From Lepidodermella squamata (lineage: Eukaryota; Animalia; Gastrotricha), in NCBI GenBank assembly GCA_047495785.1, contig JBLDXI010000009.1:5394001-5458000 (forward strand): DNA of 64,000 nt. The letters are read 5' to 3'. The notes beneath the pieces are model-generated. The model saw nothing but the letters and a program-made list of their open reading frames with translations, searched no databases and was not told the DNA's origin. Below, piece by piece: positions 23,285-35,622 of the stretch (within the stretch, counting starts at the first letter, position 1; each line of letters opens with the position of its first letter). Made by a program: the position numbers and the translations under genes.

Positions 23285-23519
23285 TGTTGTACCCATGAGA
23301 TCGCCATTATTGCTTGTCTTTCGATGAAAAAAACTTGAGAGGAAGATATGATTCACAATGAATTAAATGGAGCCGATCAAATACAAAGCGTGAGTTTTTA
23401 GAAGAGCCGCGTTTTCTCCCTCGTCAGACCCGATGATATAATCTGAAATGAAATGAATGAAAGTGAAATTCCTAGGCTGAGTTCCCAGTTGACAAAATAT
23501 AAGTAAATTCATATAAGTA

Positions 23520-23790
23520 AATCGACACAGGTAGAATCCAATGGCTCAAAATCCAAATCTATCTGCTTCAATCGCGGTGTCATGCAAGGATCGCCGATAT
23601 CCCCATCCGTGTTCAACTTATGCATCGATTTTTTTATCAGAGAATTGGCTGGCAAGAACATAAGTGATATGTATGGATTTCGAATTGCAGAGGACATGAA
23701 CTCCGTGTCAGTTCTTAGCTTCGCCGATGATACTACTCCAATTGCTAACAGCCGCGAATCTGCATGCATTCTAGTCAGAATGGCAATCAA
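23520..23790 (+). mobile_element. Non-LTR retrotransposon reverse transcriptase fragment
   Basis: RGVMQGSPISPSVFNL and LSFADD RT motifs; truncated on both sides. Confidence 0.85.
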
Positions 23791-24230
23791 TCCGGCAGTT
23801 GTCCGTTTTTCAAAATTCGATTCCAGCGTCGAGAAAAATAGCACTCTCGAGCCTGGCCCCTAGAAAATCTCTGGAATCCCTCAGCATAATCGTGGCTTGT
23901 CCTGTACCTATAAATAATTATTTTTCCTCAGTTAAACGACCTTCGGAGATGTCATCGATTTTATTGATATCCGTTTCAGACGAATTTTACAGTTTGAAAG
24001 AATGAACGATAATAGGTTTTTCGAATAAAAGGGCGCACTTCTCTTGCACGCTCGAATAAGCACGCGCGAGGTGTTTTTCCGCATTCTACATTATAAAAGT
24101 GGACACAACAAATTACAAACATGCGTGGTTTATTGCTCAACCCCACCAAGCCCTCCACGAACCACGAAACATTTTTATTCAAAACACTTTGCATTTTTGA
24201 AAACATCAGCATTGAAATATTGAAAGCTAA

Positions 24231-24449
24231 ATGAAGCAATTCAACTTGTTAATTTTATTCGTCGCTGGAACTCTAGCAGCTAGGCCAGCTAAATATTTCG
24301 ATCAAACACCAGATGACCAATTGGAAGGATTACCCGTACTATCCTTTGCCGATACTACGCCGATTCGAGGAAGCTCCCCATTCCTGTGCCGGTCTATTTT
24401 AACAACGATACAACTTGGACCTATGGAGACGGCATTCCTGCGATTCCAC
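24231..24449 (+). pseudogene. Orphan frameshifted duplicate of exon 1 of the astacin-like gene
   Basis: Signal peptide plus RKLPIPVPVYFN..TW..PAIP and GTAAGC donor as at 29908-30118; upstream 24020-24230 resembles 29740-29907; frameshift near 24355. Confidence 0.7.
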
Positions 24450-24796
24450 GTAAGCACATAACAAAAATCAAAGCGCTGTAATAGCGCTGTACTATCTGCT
24501 GATGGGTTGTCCATAATTGTTTTTAAGTTGATGCTTCTTTGCTGTCATTTTCTTCGAGAAGCTTTCTAAACCAATTAATAATAATATAGCGAATAGTATT
24601 TTAGTATTTTAGCGAATAGTATCCTAAAGGGCGATTCACGAACTCGTGTTTTCCACATGAATGATGCAAAAGATTTTTTGCAGGCTCACTTGAATCATGA
24701 ACGATGAACGAACCCCGCTCACAAATTATTTTTCATAATTCATGATTCAAGAAGCTGTTTAGCCATTTTTTATGTGCGCGATTATGTTCAAAAAAG

Positions 24797-24872
24797 GACT
24801 GCGGCCACAGGGCACAGAACCCATGACACTGGGCGTGATAGTTTGAGCTGAACCCACTGTGCCACCAGTGAG
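24797..24872 (-). pseudogene. Degenerate tRNA-like sequence (possible SINE head)
   Basis: A-box-like TGGCACAGTGG and decayed B-box GGGTTCTGTGCCC followed by a T run; no intact cloverleaf. Confidence 0.3.
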
Positions 24873-25099
24873 CTTTTGTTAATTTGAGCGTTAGCGTCAT
24901 TATCTCCTATTCTCGTTGTTAACTTAGATATTCTGAGCTATTGGAAAAAATTCATTAAAAAATCAATTATTTTCCATAAAATCAATTCCATAAATAACAT
25001 CATTTGACCTTTATCTTCGGCAAGAACACTCTGATTGGGCCGATTAATTAGTCCACAATTTTCAGAAGTATAAATCAAGCTTCAAACTATTCGATTCAG

Positions 25100-26517
25100 T
25101 CATTTTTGGCGATGATCGCGATGATATCGGCTATTTCTATGAATCCGCAAGTTGATGTTATGGCTAGCGTTAAAGCCACCACCACCAGTTTTTTGAAGTC
25201 CATATCTTTTCTCCTTCAATATTTCATCTAATGGTGATTTCATTGTCGCATGTTTAGGACTGCATTTGACCTCGACCACTGCGTCATCGCCAACCAGGCG
25301 ATCAGGTGAAGCACCAATCACACCGCTCTCGTGAATAAAAAAGCCACATCTTCGAGTTTTAATGTTGTAACGCTTCTCCAAGACGCCTACAGCAACGTCC
25401 TCGTGATTTCTACCGAAATCGATTTCAGGTACCGACTGTGATTATTATAGGTGAGAGAAGGATAAATTGCAATGGATGTAAGACATACCAGATCTGAAGT
25501 GCGACAGCGAACAACATTAATAAAAGACTGGCAAACTTGATTCCTCGTTCTTGTAGAATTGACGAACTTGACTGCGTACTTCATATTAGAGGCAGTTATC
25601 AAGCCATAACGATACCTTTAGGATAAAAATATTCATATTAGTTTACGAGCGGAAATAAAGTACCAGACATATTAAAACAGTAGAAAGGCTATTAGTGATA
25701 ACAAGTTCACCTAAACCACACAGCAGATGTATGCTGATCCGATGTTGCTTGCTCAATGGCCATTTGTTCGTCACGGCTAATGATCACCGCAGATTTCATC
25801 GCATTCTTCAATTCACCGACGAGGCAAATTCTAGAAAGCTCCTCAAATTTGTCCTTCATCGGCCTGTACGAAAGGCTAACGCTTAGATCGACATGATCAT
25901 CTTGGTAGCGATCGGGGAACAGATGCCCATGCATCACCTGCAGCATTGGAATATGAAAACCCTCTAGATCTTCACAAAATGTCAAATAGTCCTCCCGAGT
26001 GAATGGCGATTCGAAACTAAACAATAAGACAATGTAATAACTCCTAGAGTTGCTGTTGCGTAGCCTTACCTTTCATTAGCAGTAGACTTTCCCAGATAAA
26101 TTTCAACGGGCTTAGGGATGAATGGTACACGGCTGTGTTTATTGTCTATTGCTACATCAGTTTTGGATATATGCTGATGAGCATAGTGCATAACCGCAGC
26201 CATGTGACGACATACCACTACGCCTCATTTGCAATCACAAGCAGCGCTTACAATGCCGTTGTTGTTAAAGCGAACCTATGATACTACATTATAGGAGAGG
26301 TAACAAAACACGTTTGAAAAATCACCGAAACAAAATGTGAAGTGTCGTCCTTTTCAGAAAACGACGCATCACATATCGCGAAAATGAGTCCATCGGCGTA
26401 TTCGAATTCGCGTACTTTGTTCGATTTGAACATAGTCAGCCCATTGTCAGCCGTCGACGACTCGTTTCCGGAGAAGTAATCTTCAATCCAGGTCAACTTA
26501 AACGGGTGGTCGCTCAC
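25100..26517 (-). pseudogene. SWIM zinc finger + YqaJ/lambda-exonuclease gene, transposon accessory type, disrupted
   Basis: CDCK*GVVVCRH SWIM motif with in-frame TGA; EQATSDQHTSAVWF..ITASN and CGFFIH..IGASPDRLV..VEVKC YqaJ motifs; short introns. Confidence 0.75.
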
Positions 26518-28171
26518 GAATTATTAAGAGAACTAATGAAGAGAAAGAAAACAGCTTCCAATGTAAAAAATAATCAACTTTTTCGTTATCCTGCTATACT
26601 TACAAGTGAAGATTAAGTTAAACAGGGCGAAGAAGACACACACAATACCTAAAATTGGAATATTAACCTAGCTGACAGACAGAGAAGCATAACGCATTTT
26701 AAATCATGGAAATGCGACTCAGCATTGAGGAGATATCAGCATTCAAAGAACTGCGTTAAAACGTCAGCTGATGCGTTGGGTAAGACTTCAGGGGTCTTGA
26801 GCGCTCAAAGTCGACCGTGATGCAAATTACAATTAAAATTTAAAATTAATCATTTAAAATAATTTATTTAATATATTAAAAATATTTTTTCAAAAATCCG
26901 CCCTCCGATCCTCCCATTATAAACATCCGAACACAGTTGTCCGTTCTGATTTGTCGTAGAGCCATTTTTAATAATAAATCCGAAAACTCAGAAAAATCAG
27001 AAAATTAATATTATTAACTCAAAACTCGCAGTAGGAAATTTATTGCAATAAACTGCCAAAACTCAGAATAATTTAATTCGAGTTTCTTTATGCAGTGGGC
27101 TGTGGGTTGACTCTGACCAGCTCTGATGGGGCTTCATCCCCATCACCTTCTCGTAACTCTGTGTCCACCTCTGAGTCGGATGGGCCGCTGGCCGATTTCG
27201 TTATTGAACCAGGAAGCCAGAATGTCAGTCGTAGTCGGCCACGGGGAGTCGGGCTAGTAGGTATGCAAGGAGGGCTACGATCATTTACTTGGGGTTGCGA
27301 CAGGGGGTTTCGACGATGATAATCTTCCACCTCTTGACAAGGACAGGGATGACGTGCTACATGGCAGTGGCCCGGGCGACGACCTGCTACGACCTGCTAA
27401 TTTTATTCGGCTCGCGAACCCAAAATTGAACGGGTCAGGGATCGGCGTAGCACACCCACAAACACACAATGCGAAAACTTCATTACCACAGGGGCAGAGA
27501 AGCAGCTCAGCTGTTTCGTTTACGACTACAAAATCCATAGTAGACTCGACAGGTTTGTCTCCCACGTGCAGATGGACGACATCACCACCTACTGCTTCCT
27601 CGTCGGTCCCACCCGAAGACGTTTTAGAACATGCATGAATCTCAGCCTCAGCGACAGGATTTCCTTCTTTGGGCTGCTCTACAGCCTCGCCAACCGATGA
27701 TTCTTTGTCGGTCTTATTCGAAAAAATTGTAGACGCCGCTGCGTGTTGACCTATCCAACTGTTCAATAGTCTCCGGCATTTCTCAGAGCAGATGATGACG
27801 ATCTTTGGCTGATGTTAAGTAGAAGTCTCCGACTTACACAGCTTCCGATTGGCATTGGTAATTGTCGTGTAATCGGTACTACATAGGCCCATGCACGTAT
27901 TGTGAAATAAGCTGTTACATATAATGCATGAAATGGCGTTTCCACAGCGTTTTTGGCACGCGTTACAACTCATGAAAAGTGATGTTTTAATCAAAATGAA
28001 AAAGTGAAAAGTGTCATCAGGGCGAGGTGAGTTTGTTTGCTTTTCATCGTAAGACGGGTTAATTTTTGTTTCAAATTTAGTTGCCCGTGGGAAGTTTCGA
28101 TTCGCTCAATTCTTGCTACGCAGTGTAACGAACATTTCCTGAAAACAAATCACATTGACTTTTCAGATGTT

Positions 28172-28993
28172 TTTCATTATTTTTATCAAAGAAACACGCG
28201 TTTATTTTTTCATGATTATCAGCGTATTCATTTTATTGATTTTCTTACTTTTTTCTACCTAAGGATTTACTCGATCTTCGAAGGTTCGCTGTATGCGAAT
28301 ACGAAACCCGAATGGGATGAATTATATATCAAATTGAAGCTAGAGATCTGATCTATCTAGCTGTGAAATTAGAATACTGGATGCCATTTTGTTCTTGAAG
28401 GTATTCAACGTTTTAGCCGACTGGTTGATCGGAAAGTTTCTTCTGATTTTACCTACAATGATGTTTATTTTTCAACAAATAACTACTAAGGAACTATTCT
28501 ATTACTTAGTCTTCGCTAATTTCATCATTTCAACCATGAAACCAAAGCAATATTTGTGAAAACTACCTCAGCACCCGCGTAAGCTATTGCCCAAAATGCT
28601 ACTAAAGCCACATTTTTTGAGGTTCTATCGCTTCTACTCGAGATATCACCTTCGCCTGATTGTTCTAATCATTTTTGGGGAGGAGGGAGGGGCCTTATAC
28701 CTATAAAATATAAAACTACCCAAGGAAAACATCTTTGCAGTTCATTCTACTTACTCCTTAGTTTCTGCGAAAGAAATCATGATTTTGTCGATCTGATCGC
28801 ATATTTGAAAAGATTATATATGTATCTTCAATTTGATATATAATTCATCCCATTCGGGTTTCGTATTCGCATACAGCGAACCTTCGAAGATCGAGTAAAT
28901 CCTTAGGTAGAAAAAAGTAAGAAAATGAATAAAATAAATACGCTGATAATCATGAAAAAATAAACGCGTTTTTCTTTAATAAAAATAATGAAA
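28172..28993. mobile_element. Foldback/MITE with ~168-bp inverted arms
   Basis: 28172-28339 is near-identical to the reverse complement of 28826-28993. Confidence 0.8.
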
Positions 28994-29269
28994 TAGCAAA
29001 GTAAAAAAGGTGTATACAAAAAAGTGATGATCGCCAGAGAACCATTTGAATTATCACTAGAAATATTCAACAAAGATTCAAATATTGTGATTCAAAGCTT
29101 TTTTCCGTTCGGCAGGTAGCCACAGTAGTTCGCCGTAGTAGGCTGGTAGGGTGAAGGGCATGAAGGGTGAGAATTGTTGGAACCGTTGAAAGAAGGACAG
29201 GAACAGCGTAGTATGCTGTCAAGCGCTGCTGGCCTGGAAAAGAGGACGAATCATGAGACACCCAGCCAC

Positions 29270-29489
29270 GCGCTAGCCATCGCGTGCGAGATGGCTTTTT
29301 TCACACCGTGAAACAGGTTTTACCTTGTTCTGGGCATTCGCGTGCGTAGTGCGGAGTGTAGTGGCCAGTAGCAGTTGTTGTGGTTGCTGCCTTGTGCCAC
29401 CTTTCGATTTTTCTTGCTCTGATTTCTGCGGACATCTTCTTCACCCTCCAACTCCGTGTCCTTCGTCTCGGACGCGCTGTTGACCTCAA
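29270..29489 (-). mobile_element. LTR-retrotransposon gag zinc-knuckle remnant
   Basis: HYARECPEQGKTCF...SHLAR resembles Gypsy-type gag knuckles (CPAxGKTCxxCxKxxHFA); contains stops. Confidence 0.4.
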
Positions 29490-29907
29490 TTCATATTCCT
29501 TGATTAATATTCAATCGCAGATATTTAAATTGCTTTGAATTCGAAACTCGACACTCAGATATTTCATTATATTTGGTAATATAATTTTCATACTCTGAAT
29601 GATCACCGGCTTTTTCGAGTAACAACCATTGATGAAATTGAGTGCTATAAGGTTGTATTTCCAACGTTTCGGTGGTTATTATCCACAAGCCTCATGCGGG
29701 ATACATCCTTTGTAATCACAAGTACGAACGATAACGCACGCGTCTGAATAAAAAGGCACACTTTCTCAAATGTATAAGCACGCGCGAGGGGTTTTACCGC
29801 GTTGGAAATGACAAGCACGCGAGGTTTATTGCGCAATCCCACAAATTCTATACCGCGGAATATTTGAAAACATCACTATACATGACTAAAAAATAGTTGA
29901 AGCAAAA

Positions 29908-32900
29908 ATGAAGCTATTCTTTTTAGTATTATCTATCACTGGGACTTTAGCGCTTCCGCCACCAAAGCATGATGATCAAAAACCAGGCGGCCATCCAGAA
30001 GTGTTACCCTTACTGTCAGCTGGCAATGCCGATGCGAGAAAGCTCCCCATTCCCGTGCCGGTCTATTTCAACAGCGGCTCGACTTGGACTAACAGCAACG
30101 GCACGCCTGCGATTCCACGTAAGCTGATGCTTCTCTGCAAGCCTTTCCTTCGGATACCTCGTATAGATGGAAGAAGGAGACTTTTTATACGCTTTTTATA
30201 ATGTGTGTGCAGGAATTTAGGTTAGATTTACGAGGAGTTTTTTCACGAGACTACATCCGTTCGAAAGAGGACTGTCGCCTGTCTTCTTGATCTTTCGCCC
30301 AATATAAAATTCACCTATGGTTGAGGCATAGATAAATAAAAAAGATAGATCTGACACGCTAGTACATTTATGTGTGCCGAAATGATTCATCAAGAGTTTT
30401 TGCTTCTTGATCGCGTGACCTGAAAATCACTTGTCAAAATCACTATAAAAAATACGGCACAATCAACGCAAGTGACAAGTGATTTCGGGTGGCTACTCCA
30501 CCTCAATTTATCTCAAAACACACCCCCTTCGATTTTCTCGAAAAAAATAGGGCATGTAGATCTCACCTTCAACTCAACGCTTGTCTAATCGGAATTTCCG
30601 GCCAGGGAATGGTTGTTGATAGAAAAATTCTGAAAGAAGCACGTTTCCGCACAGTCATTATTATTGCTTTGACTAGCTTTGTGCAAAAAATCGCCTGATG
30701 AATCACGGCGTCATCTGCAATAATTATGATTCACGCCACCAAAAAAACTAGCAATCAGCCCAGCGCCATTAAATTGATTGCTGAAATGTGGAAGGTTTGA
30801 AAAATTCTAGAAAAATAACGGAAGGCCGGCCGCAAATTTGGAAAAAATGTAGATATGGCTCGAGTTTGATACTTCAAAATAAAATTAGTTCAAACAAAAT
30901 TGAAGGGGGTGGTTTTGAGATAAATTGAGGTGGAGTAGCCACCCGGAATCACTTGTCACTTGCGTTGATTATGCCGTATTTTTTATAGTGATGTTGACAA
31001 GTGATTTTCAGGTCACGCGATCAAGAAGCAAAAACTCTTGATGAATCATTTCGGCACACATAAATGTACTAGCGTGTCAGATCTATCTTTTTTATTTATC
31101 TATGGATTGAGGCGAAAAAACCCACATTCTCACAGAATGCAAAAACACTTCTTGTTTAAGAAGGTTGTTTTTATTATCGTATTTTCCTATATAAATAGCG
31201 TGCAAGCTCACATTTTTCTACTCTTGTCGAGTGCGTTTCTCCGAGTTTCCAGTATAGGCAGAAGTAAAGCAATCTCGTATCGAGGTTTTGAGATGCCACC
31301 AGACATAGACAACACTGTAACAGATAGGACGCAAACGATCTTCCTATAGTGAATTTATTCGAGCTGTTATTGCAAAGAGCGCGGCACGCGACCACTTTTT
31401 ATGCCACCTAACGCCCTATCCGCCCATTATAATTTTAATTAATTTAAAAAATCGACAGACGAAATAGTCCATTTTCTAATTTTCTGAGTTTCAGTAGATA
31501 AATACTAGAATCAGCGGTCTATCCAATGAGCCCATGTACATCTTGTAGGCTCGCATGGTTAATTTTCTAGAATTTGGTGAATACAGCTGTTTTTTCAGAT
31601 TTTCGGCAAATCTGCCATTCTTTTGCCACAGTTGGCTCTTTCGGAAATTTTTTGAAAAAATCTAACAAAAATAGTTTATCCATGTTGAGAATTTTCTCTA
31701 TCCAACGATATAAAATGCGTGCGGTAATTATTTTATTTCGATTTCCGATATTTTTCGGTTTGAATTATTATATCATTATCGCACAACTTGGACTTTGGAT
31801 TCTCTCGCCGCATTGCTTTGTTCAGAGTTGTTCTCAGCGAAAAATCGTGTCTATTTTTCGTTCCTAAAAATATCGGAAAATCGAAATAAAATAATTACGA
31901 TTTTTTAAATTAATTAAAATTATAATGGGCGGATAGGGCGTTAGGTGGCATAAAAAGTGGTCGCGTGCCGCGCTCTTTGCAATAACAGCTCGAATAAATT
32001 CACTATAGGAAGATCGTTTGCGTCCTATCTGTTACAGTGTTGTCTATGCCACCAGATGTCAAAAAAACCTGGGGCACGAGGCATAACATTCAGCACGTAC
32101 AATTTATAGCCAATTTATACCTAAAATGGGGTTAACATGTAGAATCCGGAATCTTGCTCTAGTAAATCGGAATCAAATAATGTTAAGTTTCTGAATTGCG
32201 TTTCCTATCACTTCAGCCGAACCGGTCAAGCAAAAGTTCCGAAAAGCGGCGGCAATGATTGAATCAGCGACTTGTATCCGATTTGACATCTCTGAATCAA
32301 GGCCCATCGGACGCAACGACATCGGTCTCGTTCTCCTCTACAATCCGTAAGCTTGCTTTATAAAGTCGATGCAAATATTCATCGATGTACACGCTTAGAT
32401 CCTCTCTTTACTCAATCGTTGATGGCACTTGGGAAGCACCTAGAAAAGGCATTTGGATGGGCACCGACGATATTAATTACAAGGTAATAATTCAATAACA
32501 ACTTGGTTGCTGCTGATTTCTGAAGAAATCTACTCCTTCAGGCAGAAGATTACGTTGTGTTAATAACGCTATTACTCGGAATGTCACTGGAAATAAGACG
32601 GCCAGATCGCGATCAATACATCAATCAATACTTGTATGTTCAGAATTTTTATCACTAGCACAATACTTCCGTATTTTGCGATTTGCAATCATTGCTTGAA
32701 ACAATCCATGCCCTGCCATTTCAGGTATAGCATTGACCCCGACGCACCTGGGGCTGATTTGCCTTTTGATTATGACTCTACTCTCAATTATGCCGTTTAT
32801 GACGGCGACACGCGGACTTACGAGCCAAAGGATGACCTTCGTTACTTGGTTTCTTTGGCACAAGTAGGCGGACTGTCTCACCTGGACTCCTACAAGCTGA

Positions 32901-34581
32901 ACCGATTTTACAACTGTTTGAGTATATAAATAATGATTTACATCGTTGAGGTCTTTCATAGTTCCTCATATATAGCTGGACCACAATGCCAATCGCTGCA
33001 ATGCGAAAATGGCGGTTATCCGAACCCGAACAAAAACTGCTCGGTTTGCACGTGCCCGATGGGTTTCGGCGGCGATTTTTGCCAAGACATAGCAGCACCT
33101 GTGCCTGCTAACAGTTCTTGCGGCGGTCAAGTCTACGTTGCTCCCGGCACATCTGCCGTAATCACGTCTCCGAATTTCCCTGGTAAATACGCCGCTGGCT
33201 CTAGCTGTACATGGCTTGTGAAAACGGTTCGAAATTCGACAACTTTAGACTGCATGTTCTAGTTTTGTCGCTTAGGACTTGAATGGTGGACTGATTTTCG
33301 GCTTTGAAGGACGTCCTGATGTGCTAGTCGAACCTTCGTGTAAGTTCTCTTGGCAAGATATTTTGACACAGCGATGGCGGGATTTAGATTGATATCGCTA
33401 TCTCGTCAATCGTCTCCAGTAGATGCAATCCATGGAATAAACAGTCGCCTGGATTCTTCACCCGTGAAAAAGCGTTGGAGTGCCTTAATTATCATTTATT
33501 AATTATGTAGACCCTGGAACGTGCGCCGATTTCGCCCTCATCCGCGACCTTGGAGCAGCTGGATATCCCGGTTTCAAGTTTTGCGCCACCGGGGTCAGCA
33601 GTGGTCGGGCGTTCACAACTGACAAACAACAGGCACTCGTTCACTTTCGATCTATCTTAAACGCAACAGCCAATGGTTTCAAATTGGTGGCATACGCCAC
33701 GAACCCCGGCGTAATGGCTTCGCAGTGGACGAAAGAATGCAAACTCACCCAGAGTGGCTACGACTACGAAGGGCTGAATATCACGAAGAGCGATTCGGGC
33801 GCTGCATGTGATGCATGGACTGGTCAGAAGAACTATACGGATCTATCCTTCCCTCGAGGCCTGTTCGCGGCTGCGGGCAGTGCCTGTCGCAATCCTGGCT
33901 CTGGTCCCCGGATAAATTGCTTCGTTGGTAACTATACCAAAATAGAAACCTGCCCGGATGTTGCGCTCTGCAGTAAGTAGATTTCATTCCAGTCGTTTTT
34001 GGCAGCGGCAATTTGAATTATTGCTACGAATTATTTGGACAAATCTCATTACTATTTATACTAGGTATTTGGAATTGGCATCTCTCAAGATTAATTTACA
34101 AATCTCATTATAATTTTACTAATTTGTAACTACATTTTTAACTATGGTTGCTTGAAATTTATCTAGCAAATATCAAGAATTCAACATCAAATAACTCAAC
34201 CTCGGAGGAGGTCCTCTTCCGATGCGGTTCGATAGCCACTAAGCGATTCGTAGCTTGCCGCCGTCAGTGCATCAACGCGACTGAATTCAAATTCCTAAGC
34301 AATTGGGCTGTTAACAAAGAGAACTGCAACACTGCGGTACAGCTTTACTAAATTGAATCAATTTGCTCACGAGTGTTTTGGTTTTTCAGACTGCTAGGAA
34401 ATGCTCTTCGGCTAGCAGAGGCGACAGATGTGATGGGAAGTGCGCTGCTGGTGAGAAGGAAGTAAGATTTGATAATTTTAATTAAATCTTTCCAAGTCTT
34501 CTGAACTTCCAGGTCGGTCGGTACAACAAGTACTTCCCGTTCTCCAAAAACATCGACTTATGCTTGGGATTGATCAAGTAA
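29908..34581 (+). CDS. Secreted astacin-like pseudo-metalloprotease with EGF, CUB, kringle and Cys-rich C-terminus
   Basis: Signal exon 29908-30118; IESATCIRF, RRPDRDQYI, LPFDYDSTLNY astacin landmarks; CENGGYPNPNKNCSVCTCPMGFGGDFC EGF; CGG..ITSPNFPGKY..CTW CUB; CRNPG kringle; HExxHxxGxxH absent. Confidence 0.8.
30327..31104. mobile_element. P-element-like MITE (CATAGA termini, ~205-bp TIRs) in astacin intron 1
   Basis: 30327-30530 inverted at 30903-31104; flanks GGTTGAGG / GATTGAGG (8-bp TSD with one mismatch). Confidence 0.85.
31304..32048. mobile_element. Second P-element-like MITE (CATAGA termini, ~150-bp TIRs)
   Basis: Apparently perfect TIRs and perfect 8-bp TSD CCACCAGA (31296-31303, 32049-32056). 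Confidence 0.9.
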
Positions 34582-34832
34582 GCTGGAAAATCCACAACAC
34601 AAGTTTGAGAATGACTGAAGTCTAACTTCCTCATTAGCATATATTTCTGATTTATTTTTTCTTGAATTCCTCACCAATATGGTTGAGCTTATCTTTCTCC
34701 TTTAATACTTGCCGAGTGAAAATGATCTTGCTCAATAAAAATCAACTTCTAACGCGATAGCATTATTCATAGCGCATTCTGCCATAAAACTGAGGTTTTG
34801 TGCATTGGAATTTTTTGGGAAAAACTAGCACC

Positions 34833-34857
34833 CATAGACAATAATACATTGTCTATG
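34833..34857. repeat. 25-bp CATAGAC...GTCTATG palindrome, probable P-like excision footprint
   Basis: CATAGACAATAATACATTGTCTATG flanked by CTAGCACC and CTAGTGCC. Confidence 0.55.
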
Positions 34858-34987
34858 CTAGTGCCATCTCGAGACTGTGGCAGGCGGTTCAATTTTTTCA
34901 AAATATTTGCAGTAAAGCTAGTTTTTTGTAAAGCCAAAAAGCAGTCTGTTGAACCTATTTGATTGGCCTTGAGTGGTTATCACATCT

Positions 34988-35060
34988 GGTTCGGTGGTGT
35001 AGTGGTTATCACATCTGCCTAACACGCAGAAGGTCGCCGGTTCAATCCCGGCCCGAATCA
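34988..35060 (+). tRNA. tRNA-Val(AAC)
   Basis: GGTTCGGTGGTGTAGTGGTTATCACATCTGCCTAACACGCAGA cloverleaf. Confidence 0.92.
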
Positions 35061-35167
35061 GCTGTAAGCTTTTTGGTTGGCTGGCTGGCTATACTAAAAA
35101 CTAGCTTTACTGTCAATAAATTAAAAAAATTGAACCGCCTGCCACTGTCTCGAGTTCTGTGTGACTC

Positions 35168-35239
35168 TGCCACGGCCTGGAGTCGAACCAGGGTCACCTC
35201 GGCCACAACGAGGAATACTAACCACTATACTACCGTGGC
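35168..35239 (-). tRNA. tRNA-His(GTG)
   Basis: GCCACGGTAGTATAGTGGTTAGTATTCCTCGTTGTGGCCGAGG cloverleaf. Confidence 0.92.
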
Positions 35240-35341
35240 TGATTTCGCGGTTAAGAACAAAATTTGACAGCGGCCTATCAACGTCTGTTTGCTGTTCTTG
35301 TTAAAATTCAGGCAGCCCTGATAGATGGCATTACGCTACAG

Positions 35342-35423
35342 GACGCGGTGGCCGAGTGGTTAAGGCGATGGACTGCTAATCCATTGGGCTCTGCCCGCGA
35401 GGGTTCGAATCCCTTCTGCGTCG
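35342..35423 (+). tRNA. tRNA-Ser(GCT)
   Basis: GACGCGGTGGCCGAGTGGTTAAGGCGATGGACTGCTAATCCAT, long variable arm. Confidence 0.94.
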
Positions 35424-35511
35424 TAAAAACTTTTGCCTCGGTTACGGCTGACGTTAGTTTTTTTCCAATAAGCTTGTGGTAAAAATGCAGAAAGTTTTCA
35501 AAAAGAGAATG

Positions 35512-35583
35512 CTCCTTGGCAGGGAATCGAACCCTGGTCTCCCGCGTGACAGGCGGGGATACTAACCACTATACTACCAAGGA
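35512..35583 (-). tRNA. tRNA-Asp(GTC)
   Basis: TCCTTGGTAGTATAGTGGTTAGTATCCCCGCCTGTCACGCGGG cloverleaf. Confidence 0.94.
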
Positions 35584-35622
35584 TTGCATGAGAGTAAGCA
35601 ATCATCGAACAGCATTCAAGGC

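Noticed and set aside
27088-27945. Cluster of ORFs on both strands with a CPCG..CVCGC motif
   Set aside because: No recognisable domain or consistent exon structure; probably decayed element sequence
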